This document shows positions 62,678 through 64,000 of a stretch of DNA of 64,000 bases, one piece after another. Within the stretch, counting starts at the first letter, position 1. Each line of letters starts with the position of its first letter. The notes under the pieces were generated by a model. It was given only the letters and a program-made list of their open reading frames with translations. It ran no database searches and was not told the origin of the DNA. A program made the position numbers and the translations under genes. Source of the stretch: Schmidtea polychroa (lineage: Eukaryota); assembly GCA_044892525.1 (NCBI GenBank), contig CM097885.1, forward strand, positions 49,044,001 to 49,108,000, in the 5' to 3' direction.

Positions 62678-63828
62678 CAGTGCCGTAAATAGGTAGGTGC
62701 ACCGGCAAAGGACCAGAGATCGAGGGGGGCTAAAACGGAATTGTTAATTGAATTATTTATGCACATTTTTTTACAAAAATTGTATTCAAGAAAATATGTA
62801 TTCTCAGTAAGACACAGAATAATTGTATTGATTAACAATAATATTTAAATAATAATTTTTGTCTTTTGAATTAACTTAAAAATGAATCTGAAACAACTAT
62901 TATCTTTTTCTATCAAACCAAAGTATTTTTAAAAACACAAGTAAGCTTTTTTACATTTCCATAGCTCAATAATGTCAAAAACATTGTCAGGCGCTCAAAA
63001 AAGAAAAATTAAGAAGCAAAAACTTGAAGAAAGTAAATCAATGTCGCAAAAACTTGTAAAATGGCTGAGAAAAGATACACCAGAAGTCGGAGAACAGTCT
63101 TCTAATAAAGCAAGTTCTAGTTTACAAGGTGATGTTGCCGTACAACAATTGGATTCGGACTGTATTAGTAGTGATAGTTTTACTTCAGATCACAGTACAA
63201 TAACTGCACAAGTCAATGAGAATGACATAAATTTTTTATCTGTTACTATAAATTACAATGATCCTCATTCTTGGCCAGTTATTAAAAATAAATTAATAAA
63301 TTTCCTTGTCAAACATGATGTAGACGACATCAACTTTAACAATCTTGCATCAGATAATCTAGGGCGTAAATTTACAAAAGACTGGTTTTATGAGAAACAA
63401 ATTAATGGCAATTTTCTACATGGTTCATCACTAGAAAAAAACAATGTGCTAGAATTAAAAAAGCCCACTGTCGATCTTTCTATTAAGTACAGCAAAGATT
63501 TAAATATGTATGAGTTTTCGTATGAAATACAAAGTTTAAAATTTAAAGCCTCGATATTAGTAGACGATTTAAAAACTGCAACACCTCTTGAAATTTTACA
63601 AGGTCTGTATGACTTTGGATTAATTGAATCTTATCCAATTATCAATATTGCTATACGACTATTCCTCACATTCCCAGTATCAATTGCTTTGTGTGAGAGA
63701 AGTTTTAGCAAGTTAAAATTAATTAAAAACTATTTAAGATCTACTATAGGACAAGATAGATCATCCAATCTTGTCATAATATCTATTGAGTATAGAATCG
63801 TAAAGGATATTAATTATGACGATATAAT
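62678..63828 (+). mobile_element. Internally deleted hAT (Tip100-like), N-terminus fused in frame to the dimerisation domain
   Basis: Terminus CAGTGCCGTA; ORF 62972 has SGAQKRK at the start and PVSIALCERSFSKLKLIKNYLRST near the end, with no DDE core. Confidence 0.78.
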
Positions 63829-64000
63829 TAGAGATTGTGATCGAGAAATCTTGTCTCGAGAATTCTCGAGAATTTGTATTATTTTGTATTTCTCATTATC
63901 GAGAATTGTTATTTTCGAGATTCTGATTTCTCGAGAAATTTTTAAAATTCACCCAAACTAAATACGCAACAAAAACATTTAAAAATGTAAGTTATATGGT
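63829..64000. mobile_element. Left end of another probable DNA transposon running off the window
   Basis: Starts TAGAGATT and carries repeated TCTCGAGAA iterons; it interrupts the hAT ORF. Confidence 0.5.

Overview
AT-rich eukaryotic (animal-like) genomic DNA with short (about 40-60 nt) canonical GT-AG introns. The first 20 kb holds three spliced host genes: EIF3F (+), NUP107 (-) and TDRD3 (+). The rest is a dense, nested transposon field: pogo/Tigger, several hAT lineages, Merlin, MULE, piggyBac, Gypsy, solo-LTR-like elements, Penelope-like remnants, a Maverick/Polinton-type polB fragment and a probable RLE-type non-LTR element. The most unusual signal is a set of dispersed mosaic loci built from internally deleted, mostly 5'-biased pieces of housekeeping genes: PSMA4, actin, RACK1+PRP19, putative RRM/cold-shock/RanBP2-finger pieces, and SRPRA. 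Four of them lie in sense orientation behind one GC-rich motif (TCGCGTCTGTGTGCGC...GCGCACACAGACGCGA; perfect twice, decayed twice), which in three cases is followed by a short 5'-UTR-like intron. The PRP19 piece is circularly permuted between 9-bp direct repeats, as expected if a small DNA circle had integrated. All homology calls come from reading translations by eye; no searches were run.
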